DNA of 64,000 nucleotides from Hydrolagus affinis (lineage: Eukaryota). A program made the position numbers and the translations under genes. The DNA lies in assembly GCA_012026655.1 (NCBI GenBank), contig JAAILG010000695.1, positions 1 to 64,000 on the forward strand, in the 5' to 3' direction. Positions within the stretch are counted from its first letter, which is position 1; each line of letters begins with the position of its first letter. The notes below the pieces were generated by a model, which was not told the DNA's origin, did not search any database, and was given only the letters and a program-made list of their open reading frames with translations. Below, one piece after another: positions 61,865-64,000 of this stretch.

Positions 61865-62076
61865 CATAATTCCAAATTGGATCTTCTTGAAAGCAACTGC
61901 AGCTCAAATACTCCAATAAATTGATAAGAATGATGAGGGCTGGATACAGACGAGGCATGAAGAGGTGGCACATAATTCTAAATTGGCCTTTCTGAAAGCA
62001 ACTGCAGCTCAAATATTGTAATATGTGGAATAAGAGTGACGAGGACCAGATACAAGGAAGACAAGAGTGGGTGGCA
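61865..62076. repeat. Diverged 106-bp tandem duplication
   Basis: Units 61865-61970 and 61971-62076 both start cataatt and end ggtggca. Confidence 0.85.
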
Positions 62077-64000
62077 TTTTTTGTTTTATCCTGTAACTGT
62101 CAAAAAAGAAAAATGTAACATTTTAATCTACAGAATGAAACTTTAAGCAGCCGTAAAATCCAGCAGATTAATCACATGTCGATGCATTTTTAACGACCCA
62201 CGAACCTACGGGTTGTGTCGTTCACATCATTGAAAATGTATTTTGCTGAGTGACAGCTGTCTAGTCCAGAATTTTGCAATGGTCAATAATAAATTGCACA
62301 TTAACCCAATGTATGAGTTTTTTCTCTTATGACAGCATGCACTTCCCACAGCTGACTGCTCCCACCAATGATGCTCAACAGGTTCCCAGGAACAAGGCCT
62401 CGATTTCCCTCTTGTACAGTTTAGAGGCAAGGGAACAAGGTGGACGTGGCCAATCTTGGTGCCTTCAAGGACCATCATAAATGAGCAATTTAGAATTATG
62501 ATGGAATGAACTAAAATCATATTCTGCTATGAAACAGCACACTGGTGCATCAATGTGCAGCCTGATTTTTAAGCAAAGATAAATTGTTAGTACCTATTGA
62601 AATGCAGGATGATTTATTAAGAAAAACCTCAATGGATAGCCTATGATTAGAAAAGAATGAATGCTGCAGATATAGTAGTAGAAAGGAAACAACAGGTACC
62701 CGAGAGAAATGACCAGACTCTGAGATTATATATCAAGATATAAGGCAAATCTGAAGTTCTAAAATTGAAATATGCATATGATTTTATCATAATATTGTAA
62801 GCAACGTTAAGCAACGGCTGTATAATGTAGTAAAATTCTATGATTCTATCATAATGTGCACAAAATAATTTCAAATCAATTATTTAATGTTGTCTTTTTA
62901 AATCAACAGCATTTCATGCACACCCTAGATACAGTAATTTTATTGTTACATTGGACAGATGGAAGTGCTACATCAAACAGTAATGGAAAAAAAAATCCCC
63001 AAATCCCTTATCAATTGTCCCTCCAAATCTATACAAATCTGGCCTCCAAACCCTAACCTTAAGTAGCTGATCAATTTTAGTGTAAACTGTTTCTTCTGAA
63101 GGTTACTCACAAACAAAGCATAGAATATATTTGGCATTCAAAGCAACAAATTGTAGATTAATTTATCTTGAGGTATAATGTTCTGATACAGTTCCAATTA
63201 CATAACATGACATCTGGATACCTATTGGGGGAGGGGGATGGATTACAATTTAAAATATCAGTCAATTTCAGGGATTACAAATCTGCACTGAGGAAGGGCG
63301 AGGAAAAAAAGAATAAAAAAGGAAACCAGAAGAGAAGAGGAATGTAAGGACTGAAACAAACTAACAGACAGCTAGGCACTCTCCTTCTGTGCTTCCTGGC
63401 ACGGTTGTGCACAAATGGGTGTTCGCCTACAAATACCAGTCACTACATTTCACAGTAAAATCCTGTGAAGCTCATTGAGATCTCGATAAATTGTAATATT
63501 AAATACAAGAATTAATATAATACAATGAATTTAATGTTACTCTTAAAGAAATTTTAAAACTCAATCATCAAGCGCAATTTCCAACCATACCATATCGAGA
63601 TACTTGGTCTTTTCACATCAAGCTATTAAACTCAATTGAAATTCTGAGCCCTACCAGGTGAGGTACATCTCCAGTCAGCTGATTAATAGATACTTTTTAG
63701 TAAAAGCGTAAACCTAGAGTTGTATACATAACAGCTTCCCACAAATGGAAAAAATGGTAATACTACCTCTGTAAGAGAACTCCCAACAATGCGATGAAAG
63801 CCTTTTTAATCCTCTCCCAGCTCACCACCCACCAATTACCCAGAAAATTAAGTCTTTTTGTTACATATGCTTTCAGTGAGCGACAATTTTAAGACTTGCA
63901 CACTGCCATTCTGCTAATGGGATTAGCTTGAGTGCTGCTTATAGGTTGAAAAGTCAGAATTGGAAGGGACAAAAATCCCCAATTCTCTGAATATTAATTA

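Overview
This is eukaryotic vertebrate genomic DNA. The repeat content (Deu/AmnSINE-like tRNA SINEs, HER1-like CR1 tails, L2) points to a cartilaginous fish, probably a chimaera/elephant-shark relative; that assignment is inference. The window holds two convergent genes in the same tail-to-tail arrangement as human 12q24.11. TRPV4 lies on + as 14 coding exons, 7-16537, equivalent to human exons 3-16; all have GT-AG sites, the frame is open, and the N-terminus is outside the window. FAM222A lies on - with a complete CDS in two exons, 55537-55456 and 32805-31538 (449 aa). The rest is intronic or intergenic, with dozens of SINE/LINE fragments, a MITE, an RTE fragment and a 100-N gap. I found no evidence of a wholly new multi-gene system. 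The best second-look items are a ~345-bp SINE palindrome just upstream of TRPV4 exon 5, a chimeric tRNA-head/L2-tail retroelement, a covarying stem-loop shared by SINE and L2 tails, host-strand orientation bias of the SINE, unusual substitutions at conserved TRPV4 residues, a miRNA-sized hairpin, and a possibly very long FAM222A 3' UTR. Human residue numbers and exon sizes are recalled from memory, not aligned.
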